Assembly (NCBI RefSeq): GCF_006345805.1
Contig: NC_042998.1
Coordinates: forward strand, 22,072,001 to 22,136,000
Source of the DNA: Octopus sinensis
Taxonomy: Eukaryota
Length of the DNA: 64,000 nt
Direction: 5' to 3'
Positions 1 through 12,380 of the stretch are shown here, in pieces. The position numbers were made by a program, and so were the translations under genes. How positions within the stretch are numbered: the first letter of the stretch is position 1; each line of letters begins with the position of its first letter. Under the pieces are notes generated by a model. That model was not told where the DNA came from and searched no databases. It saw only the letters and a list, made by a program, of their open reading frames with translations.

Positions 1-553
1 TAGTAGCAGTAGTAGTTGTTGTTTTAGCTGTTGTTCAGTCATGAGAGTTGGCCTTCATTGGAGCTGCCAAATGAGCAAAGGAGTTCTAGCCATGACTATC
101 CAGCCCTTCTCAATGTGATTCTCCGTATTATGATTGAGATTTGGCTGCTAATTCAAACTGGTCAGTCGAGCTCCTGCATAAATGCTCTCTCATTAGTGCT
201 GACTACTACTACCACCACTACTACGACTACTGCTGCTGCTGCCGCTGCCAGAGCTACCCCCAAAACCACCACCACCACCACCATCACTGCTACTACTACT
301 ACTAACACCAGTGCTACTACTAGTAGTAGTAGCACTAGTTGTTTTTTCTGTTGTTCAATTCTGACTGACCTTGATTGAGTTGCCAAAAGAGCAAAGGAAT
401 TCCAGTCGTGACCATCCAGCCTTTGCTTATGTTGAGGATTTCATTATTCAGTGTGTGTCTCCATTATATTATGACGAAGATTTGGCTGTTGTTTCTAGTC
501 AGTCAATCAAGCAACTGCCTAGAAACACCTTCATGAGCGTATATCAAGTATAT

Positions 554-830
554 GAAGGTGCATAGCTTAGTGGTTAAGGTTGTTGCACTCCCAATCATGA
601 GATTGTGATTTCAATTCTCCAACCCAGTGGTCCATTGTGTTCTTGAGCAAAGCACTTCCTTTTATGCTGCTCTGTGACCATTTCTACATCTCCCATGTGG
701 CACACTTGTATACCTGTACAGGTAATGTCAATTTGATGGATGGAGTGAGCTTAGATGCTACACAAAAGATATGATCACTATAAACAAATCATCTGCATGG
801 CTATTTGACAAGGAATTACAGAATCCTCAA
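554..830 (+). mobile_element. Diverged tRNA-derived SINE
   Basis: Head GAAGGTGCATAGCTTAGTGGTTAAGG (A-box-like), degenerate B box, then TGTGTTCTTGAGCAAAGCACTT core similar to copies at 39872 and 55268. Confidence 0.6.
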
Positions 831-872
831 CCATTATTTAACAACAGGAGAGTTGATAACCACAACCCTTGA

Positions 873-1215
873 TTGAATAACACTGTGTATAAACTCGATA
901 CTTGGAATGACCAATTTTTAATACTATTGGATTTTACTCATAAGGTATTGGAATCTTATATGTATACCATTCTGCCTAAAAAAAAATGGATCTACAAATG
1001 CAATATCCCTACATATCTCACATCTATTTTCTTTTATTTCCTCCACTTCACGCTCTATTTTGTATCTTATCTAAATTAACTATTTTTTAACCATCTTCTC
1101 ACACCGTCTCCAATGAAGGGACATAATAAATATTCTGGAAACAGCTGTAAGACCTTCTATCTATAAATGCTCTAATATCTACACAGCCTTGGTTTTTTAT
1201 CTCATTACGAAAAAA
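873..1215 (+). mobile_element. Penelope-like element relic: possible GIY-YIG C-terminal fragment followed by a degenerate minimal hammerhead ribozyme
   Basis: ORF 873-1079 contains HKVLESYMYTILP (weak resemblance to the GIY-YIG C-terminal K..ES.YI....P motif). 1106-1153 reads GTCT-CCAATGA-AGGGACAT...-GAAA-CAGCTG-TA-AGAC. Ends at (TA)n. Confidence 0.5.
1106..1153 (+). ncRNA. Degenerate minimal type I hammerhead ribozyme
   Basis: Stem I GTCT/AGAC, GAAA, perfect palindrome CAGCTG and TA cleavage site. Core reads CCAATGA instead of CTGATGA (2 changes). Same family as 33860-33935. Confidence 0.55.
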
Positions 1216-1235
1216 AAAGAATATATATATATATA

Positions 1236-1646
1236 TACTCTTTACTCTCTTTTACTTGTTTCAATCATTTGACTGGCGCCATGCTGGAGCACCACCTTTA
1301 TCGAGCAACTCGATCCCGGGACTTATTCTTTGTAAGCCCAGTACTTTTCTATCGGTCTCTTTGCCGAACCGCTAAGTAACGGGGACATAAACACACCAGC
1401 ATCGGTTGTCAAGCAATGCTAGGGGGACAAACACAGACACACAAACACATACACATACATACATATATATATATATATACGACAGGCTTCTTTCAGTTTC
1501 CGTCTACCAAATCCACTCACAGGCTTTGGTCGGCCCGAGGCTATAGTAGAAGACACTGCCCAAGGTGTCACGCAGTGGGACTGAACCCGGAACCCGGAAC
1601 CATGTGGTCGGTAAAAAGCTACTTACCACACAGCCACTCCTGCGCC
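1236..1646 (-). mobile_element. SINE family A, full length (tRNA-derived head GGCGCAGGAGTGGCTGTGTGGTAAG)
   Basis: Reverse complement of the + copy at 19544-19932; the family has more than 15 full or partial copies in the window. Confidence 0.9.
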
Positions 1647-2047
1647 TATATATATATATAATATAGTATGCCTGATTAGCACCCGTGCCAGTGGAACATT
1701 AAAAGCACCATTCAAATGTGATCATTGCCAGGGCTGCTGACTGGCTCCTGTGCCAGTGGAGCATAAGGGGCGGCATTCGAGTGTATATATATATACACAC
1801 ACAACTACAGGCTTCTTTCAGTTCCTCTTCACGAAATCCACTCACAAGGCTTTGGTTGGCTCAAGGCTTGTAGAAGACACTTGCTCAAGATCCCACACTC
1901 TGGGATTGAACCCAGAATCATGTAGTTGGGAAGCAAATTTCTTATCACATAGCCACACACACACACACCACCACACACACAAACACACACACACACACAT
2001 ACACACACAAACACACACAAACACACACACACATGCAGATACATATA

Positions 2048-2301
2048 CAGGGTGGTCCAAATGTAGGTTTACAGTTACTCAACTATCTCTTTCGCATTCA
2101 TATGTCAACAGTTTAGATCTTAATTATAAAAGAATACGAAACCATTATTCTATGCTGATTTACTTACTTTTCTGAAGCTCCCTTTTCGGTTTGAAATTGT
2201 CTCTTTTTTTAATTGTTAGATAGAAATTGAAATGTAATAGAATGTTTAAGAAAAAATTTTAAGTGCCTACGTGATAACTGTAAACCTACTTTTGGGTCAC
2301 C

Positions 2302-2304
<3 letters not shown>
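2048..2304. mobile_element. Tc1/mariner-type MITE
   Basis: TA|CAGGGTGGTCCAAATGTAGGTTTACAGTT ... AACTGTAAACCTACTTTTGGGTCACCCTA|TA: about 29-bp TIRs with TA flanks. Confidence 0.85.
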
Positions 2305-2353
<49 letters not shown>

Positions 2354-2357
<4 letters not shown>

Positions 2358-2624
2358 TTTAAAATTGAATAAGGAAGAATTGATATTAATCAATTAAAAC
2401 TAGTGGCCTAGCATATTAAAAAAATCCGAAGATTAAAATATTTTTTACATACAAAATTTAAAGGACTGACCACTAAAAGTGGACGGTCAATATGCTAGAT
2501 ATAGACGTCAAAACCGCTATGTTTTTTTCTTGAGAACACATTCTTCATGGAAAATAGCGATTTTGACGTCTATATCTAGCATATTGACTGTCCATTTTTA
2601 GTGGTCAGTCCTTTAAATTTGTAT
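2354..2624. mobile_element. Fold-back micro-element between (TA)n tracts
   Basis: 71-bp inverted arms 2450-2520 and 2554-2624 with a 33-nt loop; (TA)n on both sides. Confidence 0.8.
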
Positions 2625-2650
2625 ATATATATATATAGTTATGTATATGA

Positions 2651-2684
<34 letters not shown>

Positions 2685-2989
2685 TGTATACACATACACA
2701 CACACACACACACACATATGTATATGCACACATAACACACATGCACACTCTAGTGGTCTGTTTCATTGCTTCTTGTTGACCTCTTGGCTAAATTTGAACT
2801 CTCAAGCACCTAGTTTGACGAATCACCATCCATAAACTTCTAACACCTTGCTGACTGACTGTTTAACCACATTAACAAATTTGGCCAGTGTTACGATAAT
2901 GGTGGTGTGGGAGTGTAGCGGGACGAGGGGGGTGGGGATTATGAAAGAGGGTATGGGTGGAAGGGGTGGTGTGTGTGTATGTGTGTGAG

Positions 2990-3263
2990 GATTCTATCCA
3001 GATGATTACAATGCAGTACCGCACTGCATTGTACCGAGTGGCACAGACCAAGACAGAAGCTACCGTTTCCACTGGAGGCAGTTTAGATCAAGCCTGTCTG
3101 CGTACCTTGATGAACTCAGCGCAGTACAAGTTATAGCACGGTACAGAACCGTAAACTCAGCTCCTGCGCTCAGAACAATGGAAGAAGGCAGAACCGTTGA
3201 AACGGAGAGGGTGGAGAGCAGAGTGCGGTTGGACGTGGCGGTGGTGCTGGTGCTGGGGTAAGA
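2990..3263. other. Non-repetitive CpG-rich island; candidate host exon (strand unresolved)
   Basis: + strand: 90-codon stop-free frame 2989-3258, AACAATGG at 3178 and GG|GTAAGA donor at 3258. - strand: long pyrimidine tract + CCCCAG acceptor at 3253 and AAG|GTACGC donor at 3105 (147 nt, one open frame). No protein family recognised. Confidence 0.35.
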
Positions 3264-3559
3264 ACAAACAGAAAAATAAACAAACAAACAAACAAACAAA
3301 CTTGCAAACAAACGGACAGACATGAATACAAGAGACTCAGCTTTATGAAAGATAAGTTGGTGCGTGTTATACACAAGAGAAAAAAGTTCCATCCAGCTAA
3401 TGTTTAACATTCAGCGAGTGTGTATGGGGCGGGGGAAGAGGAGCAAATGCCCAAAACAAAAAGAACTTCACATTGTGAGGAATTTTTTCCCATGACAAAA
3501 GTATAAAAGTATGTGTTTGGTGTTTGTTTGGATGATAGGTGTAATTATGAATCTCTGCA

Positions 3560-4230
3560 TTATTTTATGCAACTAACCGATTTTTTTGTTTGTGTGTGTG
3601 TGATTGCGTTAGCTTCTTGTGAATGCTTTAATTTCTTTTGTGTGTGCGCTCGCTGCAAAAATGTATGCGTGTGTGAGTGTGTGTGGATGTGTGTATACAG
3701 ATACATTTTTGCAACTAGCCTGTCCCCCCCCCCACATACATGCACATTAATGTACACACATACACACACTCACACACAGACATACACACACAAACATATA
3801 CACACAAACACACTCATACACATACACACACACTCAAACACACAGAAAATCACTCACACATATAGACAAATACAGACACTCACACCACACACACTCACAC
3901 GCTCATACACATGCATGCACACTCACACACACTCACACATACACACACAAGCACACTTACACACTGATACACACATGCACACTCACACATACACACATAC
4001 ACACACACACATATCCACATGCATAATTTCTACAGCCAGTGCCCACACATATGTACACACACTGACACACACATACACATCCACATGCATTATTTCTACC
4101 GCCAGTGCAGGCACACATTTATATGCACACACACATTTATATGCACACACACGCATCCACATACATTATTTCTGTAGCCAGTGCACGCACACACATTTAC
4201 ATGCACACACACACACACACGCGCGCAGAT
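3560..4230. repeat. Degenerate (TG)n/(CA)n microsatellite block
   Basis: Direct inspection. Confidence 0.95.
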
Positions 4231-4579
4231 CCTAAGGGGAACAGTGTTCCCTCATGTACTCCCCAACCCCCATCCCTAGTATGATTGCACTCATTTACTT
4301 GCTCATAAGGTCAGGCAGAGCTCCTCAAAAAGGGAGTTTCTTCTTCTGTCTTTCTTTCTCTCCCTAACCCCTTTTTTCTTTTTCAAGGCTTCAATAACAT
4401 AAATTTTTAGTCAAATAATATTAAATTAACCAAAAGAAAAACAAAAAAAAAAAAAGAAACCGAAAAAACATCATACAAACAAAACAAAGGAAAACCAACA
4501 AACAAACAAAAAAACAAGATTTTCTTTGTAACATTTTTGTTTGTTGTTGATGTTTATGATGTTGTTGTTGTTTCCAAAT

Positions 4580-5080
4580 TTCTTTGTCTTATCTTTGTGA
4601 TTCTTCTCCATCTTCTCCCATCCTTTCCTCCTCTTTGCCTGCTCTTTTGTCTTGCATTTGTGATTCTTTAAATGAGATTATTGCATCTGCTGTGGTTTCC
4701 CCGTCACTCTCTCTCTCCCCCTCTCTCTTTCTCTTCCATTCTCTCTCCCGCTCTCCTTCTTACTCTCAGTCTATCTCTCCTCACCATTTTGTCTGCCTGT
4801 CTGTTTTCTTTTTCTCTCTCTCTTTCTCAGCTGATCTCTCTTCCAACCATTTTGTCTGTCTGTCTGTCTGTCTGACACCTTTCTCTCTCTCTCTCCTCCC
4901 AGTCTATCTCTTTTCCCACCACTTTGTCTGTCTGTCAGTTCTCTCTCTCTCTCTCTTTCCCTCAGTATCTCTCTTTCCCTCAGTCTATCTCTCTCCCTAC
5001 TACTTTGTCTGTTTTCTCTCCCTCTCTCTTTCTCAACTGATCTCTATTCCAACCATTTTGTCTGTCTGTCTGTCTGACAC

Positions 5081-5121
<41 letters not shown>

Positions 5122-5165
5122 CTCCCAGTCTATCTCTTTTCCCACCACTTTGTCTGTCTGTCAGT

Positions 5166-5202
<37 letters not shown>

Positions 5203-5371
5203 CTATCTCTCTTTCCCTTAGTATCTATCTATCTATCTCCCCCTCTCTTTCTCAACTGATCTCTATTCCAATCATTTTATCTGTCTGTCTGTCTGTATCT
5301 CTCTCCCTCCTTCCAGTCTGTCTTTCTTCCCACTACTTTATCTGTCTGTCTGTTTTCTATCTATCTATCTA

Positions 5372-5444
<73 letters not shown>

Positions 5445-5510
5445 CTCTCTGTCTACTTCTCTTATTCATTCCCTCTGTCTGTCTGTCTGTCTGTCTGTCT
5501 ATCCATATAG
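4580..5510. repeat. Compound (TC)n/(TCTG)n/(TATC)n block with recurring CCATTTTGTCTGTCTG and CCCAGTCTATCTCT subunits
   Basis: Direct inspection; subunits recur several times. Confidence 0.95.
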
Positions 5511-5734
5511 AAACTCACCGTCATAAGTCAATAAGGGAGCCACCATGTCGTTGCTCAACTTATTACTAGAAATAGTAGCCAAACTCTCCCTCATATCCTA
5601 CCATCTTAAATAAATAATAAGGATAACAAGGGACACAATACTACATGCAGAGGTCAAAGCAAAAAAATGCATGGTTCTATATAGAATGCCTTTGATCAGA
5701 GGCCTGCTACATCAAAGCTGACCTGGGGTTAAAT

Positions 5735-6245
5735 GACAACAACAACAACAACAACTGTATTTCCTTCATTATAGGTAAAACAAAATCAAGGTGAGTTTGG
5801 ATCAAAAGTTGCAAATTATGTAAATCATCATCACCACTATCATCATCATGGTTGCCACCATCATCATCATCATCATCATCACCATCGTCATCATCATCAT
5901 CATCACTATCACCTTTGTTGTATTTATCCTCCTCCTCATCATCATCACGGTTGTCATCGTCATCATCATCATCATCATCACCATTATCGTTATTTATTCT
6001 CCTCCTCATCATCATGGTTGTCATCGTCATCATAATCCTCATCATCACTATCACCATTGCTGTAATTATCCTCCTCTGCCGCCTCCTCTCCTCATCATCA
6101 TCATGGTTGTCATCGTCATCATAATCCTCATCATCACTATCACCATTGCTGTAATTATCCTCCTCTGCCGCCTCCTCTTCCTCATCATCATCACCACTAC
6201 CACACCACCTGCATCGTCATCATCGTCGTCGTCAGCAGCAGCAGC
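5735..6245. repeat. (ATC)n-based microsatellite with an internal duplication of about 90 bp (about 6005-6190)
   Basis: CATGGTTGTCATCGTCATCATAATCCTC...CTCTGCCGCCTCCTCT occurs twice in tandem. Confidence 0.9.
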
Positions 6246-6769
6246 AAGGAAAAGCAATAAGAATACATTTTATATTTTGTTCTGTATCATATTTTCCCCA
6301 CCCACCCCCACCCTAAGATGAACCAGTAAGGGAACCTCTGTGTGTTCACTCTCACTGCTAGACATAGCAACCAAATCTCTGTTAGTTCATACTGTGTCCG
6401 CTTTTAAAAAAACAAAAAGGAAATGGAAGAAAACAAAAAAAAAAAACAAGCATGACATATCAGGACGAAGTCACCCTAGATATACAAAACAGACAGGGGT
6501 GGTTATGACCGGAACCCTTTTGGATAATTGGTGTGTTCAACCTTGTTTGACCAGGGGCTAAACAACAATCACCTCAAAAATAATGAGAACATGAGGAGAA
6601 AGCAATTATGTTTTTTTTTATAGAAACTCTGTTTTATGAAATAATTGAACTAGAAACAAAAGAAGACGGTTGACAAGAACACTGAGAATAATATGAAACC
6701 CTGAGGGAAGCTAAATGGAGTGGCTTAACATGCAGCTAGAAATAGCAGTCAGAAGATTTTTCTTCCAAT

Positions 6770-6822
6770 CTATTTGTCTGTCTGTCTGTCTGTCTGTCTG
6801 TATGTATGTATGTATGTATGTG

Positions 6823-6863
<41 letters not shown>

Positions 6864-6869
6864 GTCTAT

Positions 6870-6940
<71 letters not shown>

Positions 6941-6990
6941 CGTCTGTCTGTCTATCTTTCTATCTGTCTGTCTATATAAGTCTGTGTGTG

Positions 6991-7039
<49 letters not shown>

Positions 7040-7165
7040 GTCTGTCTGTCTGTCTGTCTGTCGGTCTGTCTACTTGTCTATCTATCTGTCTGTCTGTCTG
7101 TCTATCTATTTGTGTGTGTGTGTATGTATGTATGTGTGTCTGTCTGTAAGTCAATCTCTCTGTGT
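6770..7165. repeat. (TCTA)n/(TCTG)n microsatellite
   Basis: Direct inspection. Confidence 0.95.
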
Positions 7166-7229
7166 GTCTGTCTCTCCACATATATATAAATACAGCAAAC
7201 ATAGGCATTACATACATACATACACACAC

Positions 7230-7434
7230 ATGGCCCAGTGGTTAGGGCAGCGGACTTGCGGTCGGAGGATCGCGGTTTCGATTCCCAGACCGGGCGTTGT
7301 GGTGTGTTTATTGAGCGAAAACACCTAAAAGCTCCACGAGGCTCCGGCAGGGGGTGGTGGTGCCTGCTTTACTCTTTCACCACTCTAAAGGCGGTGCTCC
7401 AGCATGGCCGCAGTCAAAATGACTGAAACAAGTA

Positions 7435-7469
<35 letters not shown>
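7230..7469 (+). mobile_element. Chimeric SINE: family D head, family A 3' end and A34 tail
   Basis: 7230-7386 matches the 5' half of the 48656 copy; 7387-7434 AAAGGCGGTGCTCCAGCATGGCCGCAGTC...GAAACAAGTA matches the family A tail; 34 A at 7436-7469. Confidence 0.85.
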
Positions 7470-7473
<4 letters not shown>

Positions 7474-8049
7474 TACATATGCATCAACAGGCATACACAT
7501 GTATATATAAACAGACAGCTACACACACACACACACACACACATACACACTCACACACACACGTTCATCTATATGTATATGATGATAATTCCTTGACTTG
7601 TATTCTGCTAGTTAGGATGGCTATTTCCTTTATCTGTAGAATATATCTTGAGAATATCTTTCAATTTACTTTTTTACCTTTCCTGCTCTCTGTACGAAGA
7701 ACACCAGAGGCGGAGGAGGGGGGGGGAGATGTCGATTATTGGGAAAATTTAGTGGGTTGGAGGCAGGGGGTAGGAGAGGGTGGTAGTGGTGGTGGGGGGA
7801 ACAATGAATCTTACCTTATTATCTTAGAAAAAGGTAAAAAAAAAACCCGAAACAAACAAAAAAAAAAAGAAAAAGAAAAGAATGGATATATACAGGAATT
7901 AATGTAAGTCTTAGACACATTGTGTCTGAAGGAAAAGATGGGATGGGCACACCTGGAGTGTCTTTGAGCAATCTGTTCAATGAAGGAGTTATGCTATGAT
8001 AGTAAAAACAACAACAAAACAACAACCTTGAATAACTAAAAAGGAGACA

Positions 8050-8630
8050 GGATAAAGAGAGAGTGAGAGAGAGTGAGAGTGAGAGAGAGAGAGACAGTGA
8101 GAGAGAGTGAGAGTGAGAGAGAGAGAGAGAAAACTATGTATTCTCTCTGTCTACATCTCTGTGTGTTTGTCAGTGTGTGTGTTAGTGTGTAAGTGTTAGC
8201 GTGTATGTGTGTGTTGGTGTGTATGTTAGCATGTGTGTGTATATTAGTGTGTGTGTGTGTGTCTTAGTGTGTGGGTCTCAGTGCGTGGGTTGTAGGAAAT
8301 GTATCTTTGTGTGTGTGTGTGTTAGTGTATGTGCATGAATGTGTGTGTTAGTGTGTGTGTGTATGTGTGTTAGTGTATATGTGTATGTGTGACTCTCTAG
8401 GTGTGTATATGTGCATTTATATATGTGTGTGCATGAATGTGTGTGTGTATGTTAGTGTGTGTGTGTTAGTGTATATGTGTATGTGTGACTTTCTGGGTGT
8501 GTATATGTGCATTTATATATGTGTGTGCATGAATGTGTGTGTGTATGTTAGTGTGTGTGTGTTAGTGTATATGTGTATGTGTGACTTTCTGGGTGTGTAT
8601 ATGTGCATTTATATATATGTGTGTGTGTGT
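8050..8630. repeat. (GA)n and degenerate (TG)n block with internal tandem duplications
   Basis: GTGTGTATATGTGCATTTATATATGTGTGTG occurs 3 times at a spacing of about 100 bp. Confidence 0.9.
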
Positions 8631-9084
8631 GTACCTCTATTATTGAACCGTCCCAGTAGTAGCTGGATTAGGTGTAAGGATGTAAAATGGGTTAGCTCCC
8701 CCTGACTCCATTGTAGCTGTGGTGGTGGTAGTGGTGGTGGTGGTGGTGATGGTGGTTTAATTACTTCAACAATAATCTGAGAGAATGAAAAGAGGGGAGG
8801 AGGCATTTCCAGTAGGAAATGAATCTTCACCACCGCCACCATCACCACCACCACCACCACCGTCTCTGCTGCTATTCCCTACTCCCCAAAGCCCATCCAA
8901 CCCCACCCCAGACCTGCCCTGCCATTCACCAAATTTCCCCCCAGTCTCATCATCACCTACTGCCTCCTATTTCTCTTCCTAATGTGAGCAGGAAAAGTGA
9001 AGAGAAATTTTGAAAGATATTCTTTAAGTATATTAATATATTGCACAGATGAAGGAAATGGCCATCATATCTATCAGAATACAA

Positions 9085-9433
9085 GGTATATGTATATATA
9101 TATATATGTATGTATGAATGTATGTATATATATATCATCATCATCGTTTAATGGAAAGCGGATGTTAAACGATGATGATGTTGATGATGATGATGATATA
9201 TATATATACATACATTCATACATACATATATAAATATATGTATATATATATACACATACATACATTCATACATACATATATAAATATATGTATATATATA
9301 TATACACATACATACATTCATACATATATAAATATATGTATATATGTATATATATATATATATCATACATGCATACATATATAAATATATGTATATATAT
9401 ATGTATATATGTATATGTGTATATATATATGTA

Positions 9434-9478
<45 letters not shown>

Positions 9479-10570
9479 GTGTGAGAGAGAGAAAGTACAG
9501 ATGGAGGTAAAAAGAAAGATAGGTAGATAAAACGATGGAGGGGTAGATAGGTGGGTAGACAGAGAGATAGTTAGATAGATTGATAGATAAAGAGAGAGAG
9601 AGAAAGGGATAGAAAGATAGACAGGTTGATAGAAGGATAGATAGATAGATAGATAGATAAAGAAGCAGAAAGGTAGACATACATACATACAAACGTACAT
9701 AGAGTTAGGCAGACAAATGGATACAGAAGTTATGAAAATGGTGAGGGAGTCTAAAGAGTATTGAGAAGAGAATATTAGAAGAACTGAAGACAATAGAGAC
9801 AAAGAGGAGAAGATAAGGAGATAAAGAAAAGGAAGAGTATAAGAGGCATTAGAGGCATAGATTGGGAAGAATGGAGATTAAGAGATAATGTTGGACATAA
9901 GAGTGAAGAATGGAAGAAACAGCAGATGACTGATGGATTGAATAGAAGGGAGGAGGGGGTAAGATGGAGTGAAAGGGATAGGGAGGTAGATAGATGGGTG
10001 GATGGATGGGTAGAAAGATAGATAGGCAGAGAGAGAGATAGATAGATGGGTAGGTGGGTGGGTGGGTGGGTGTTTGGATGAATGGATAAGTAGAGAGATA
10101 GATAGGCAGAGAGAGAGATAGCTAGATGGATGGATAGGTAGGTAGATAGATAGATGGATGGATGAATGGGTAGGTAGGTAGGTAGAGAGAGAGAGATAGA
10201 ATAGATAGATAGATAGATAGATAGATAGTGAGAGAGAGAGAGAGAGAAAGAGAGAGAGATAGATGGGTGGGTAGGTAGGTTTGGGTGTTTGGATGGATGG
10301 ATAAGTAGAGATATAGATAGGCAGAGAGATAGCTAGCTAGATGGATGGATAGGTAGATAGATAGATAGATAGGTAGGTAGGTAGGTAGGTAGAGAGAGAG
10401 AGAGAGAGATGGATAGGTAGGTAGGTAGGTATTGGGTGTTTGTATCGATGGATGGACGGATGGATAGGTAGAGAGATAAGTTGATAGATAGATACATAGG
10501 TATGTATGTATGTATGTAGGTGGATGGATGGGTGGGTGGGTGGAAGGATGGATAGGTGGATAGATTGATT
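9085..10570. repeat. (TA)n/(TACA)n then (TAGA)n/(TGGA)n/(TAGG)n compound microsatellites
   Basis: Direct inspection. Confidence 0.9.
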
Positions 10571-11299
10571 GATTGATAGACTGTCTGATTGGCAGACCCA
10601 AGGACTGATTCATCTCCAGATGGCTCCCTCCCTCTCTCTCTCTCTTTCTCCTTCTCTCTTTCTCCCTATCTCTCTCCCTCTCTCTCGTGTATATAAACTA
10701 ATTGATTTGAGAAGAAGTATAAATAGAAGACATGATGATGATGATGATAAAGAAGAGAGATAAAGATGGAGAAGAAGAAGATGATGATGATGATGAAGGG
10801 GAAGGAGCGGATGAAAAAGGAGGGGAAGAGGGGCATGAAGGACATAAAAAAAACCCCAGAAAAAGATGAAAACAAAAAGAAGGGTAACAACAGCAACAAC
10901 AACAACAACAAAGAAGAGGAAAACGAAAGGGAAAATGTGGAGAAAGAAGAGAAGGAAAACGAAATGAAAAGTTTGTGAAGGAAGAAGAAACTGGTTTGTG
11001 TGAGTGACACTCATTTGAGAGTGGGATGGAGTGCTGCACTCCACTTGTGGTTTGGAGGAGATGATGGAAAGGTGGGGCTTGGGAGTGGGGTGGATATCTG
11101 TAAATTGAAGGTTTTGGGGACAAAAACCCCAATTTCTTTCAATTCCTCTCCTTTTCTCTTCTACTCAATCCCTCTCCTGTCTGTCTCCCTTTCTTCCTCC
11201 CTCTCTCTCTCTGTCACTACATTTCCCTCCCCCCTTCTTTCTCATTGACCTTCTTCATCTTACACTCTCTTTTTGTCTACCTCTACATTTCCATTTTTA

Positions 11300-11320
11300 C
11301 TTTCTCATTCCAGCTCTCTC

Positions 11321-11353
<33 letters not shown>

Positions 11354-11760
11354 TTCTCTCTCTCTCTCAATCTCTCATACACACACACACACACTCTCTC
11401 TCTCTCTCTCTCACCACAGACACACTATTCCTCTCTCTCTCTCACATATACACACTCTCTCTCTCTCACACACACACACATTCTCTCTCTCTCTCTCACA
11501 CACATACAATACTCTCTCACTCTCTCACACACATTCTCTCTCTCTCTCTCTCTCACGCATACATAGTCTCTCTCTTTCACACATACTCCCTCTCTCTCTC
11601 AGACATACACATTCTCTCTCACACACAGACACACACTCCTCTTCTCTCTCTCTCTCACACACACTTTCGCTCCCTCTCTCTCACACAAACACATACTCTC
11701 TCAATCTCTCATGTACTCATCACACATGTACTCTTTCTCTTTCTCTCTCTCTCTCTGATA
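11300..11760. repeat. Alternating (CA)n/(TC)n microsatellite
   Basis: Direct inspection. Confidence 0.95.
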
Positions 11761-12069
11761 AATGTTTTCCACTATAGCCCTGTGTCATTCAATGCCTTGT
11801 GAGTGAATGTGGAAAATGGAAACCGTGTGGAAGTCCATCCTGTGTATGTGTGTGTCTTTGAGTTTGTTCTCCTCACCACTGCTTGCTAACCTGTGTTGGT
11901 CTGTTTACATCCTTGTAACATAACAGTTTGGCAAAAGAGATGAATAGAAGAAGTATCAAACATAGAAAATGATTATTGAGGTTGATTTGTTTAATTGAAC
12001 CCTTCAGTGGGGTCCTCGTGCAGGGGCACAGTCCAATGACTGGAACAAGTAGAAGGATATGTGATAAAG

Positions 12070-12380
12070 GATCATCATCATCATCATCATTATCATCGCC
12101 ATCATCATCATCATCACCATCATCATCATTGCTGTCATCATTGTCATCATCATCAACATCCTTGTCATCATCACCATTGTTGGTACCACCATCATCATCA
12201 TCGCCACCATCATCATTATCGCCACCACCATCATCATCGCCATCATCATGATCATCGCCACCATCATCATCATCACCATCATCATCATCACCATCATCAT
12301 CATCGCTACCATCATCATCATCGCCGCCGTCGTCATCATCGCCCTCATCATTGTCATCATCATTGTCATCATCGTCATTT
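12070..12380. repeat. Expanded (ATC)n tract forming the tail of a minus-strand family C element
   Basis: Runs directly into CATTTAACATCTGCCTTCCATGCCGGCATGGGTTGGAC, the family C 3' end. Confidence 0.85.

Noticed and set aside
2521-2553. Hammerhead-like ATGAAGA...GAAA on the minus strand of the fold-back loop
   Set aside because: The first core base is wrong and no palindrome or NUH site follows GAAA.
7230-7300. tRNA-like sequences at SINE heads (also 19544, 39872, 48656, 55268)
   Set aside because: A and B boxes are present but there is no complete cloverleaf, and each continues into a shared SINE body; not tRNA genes.
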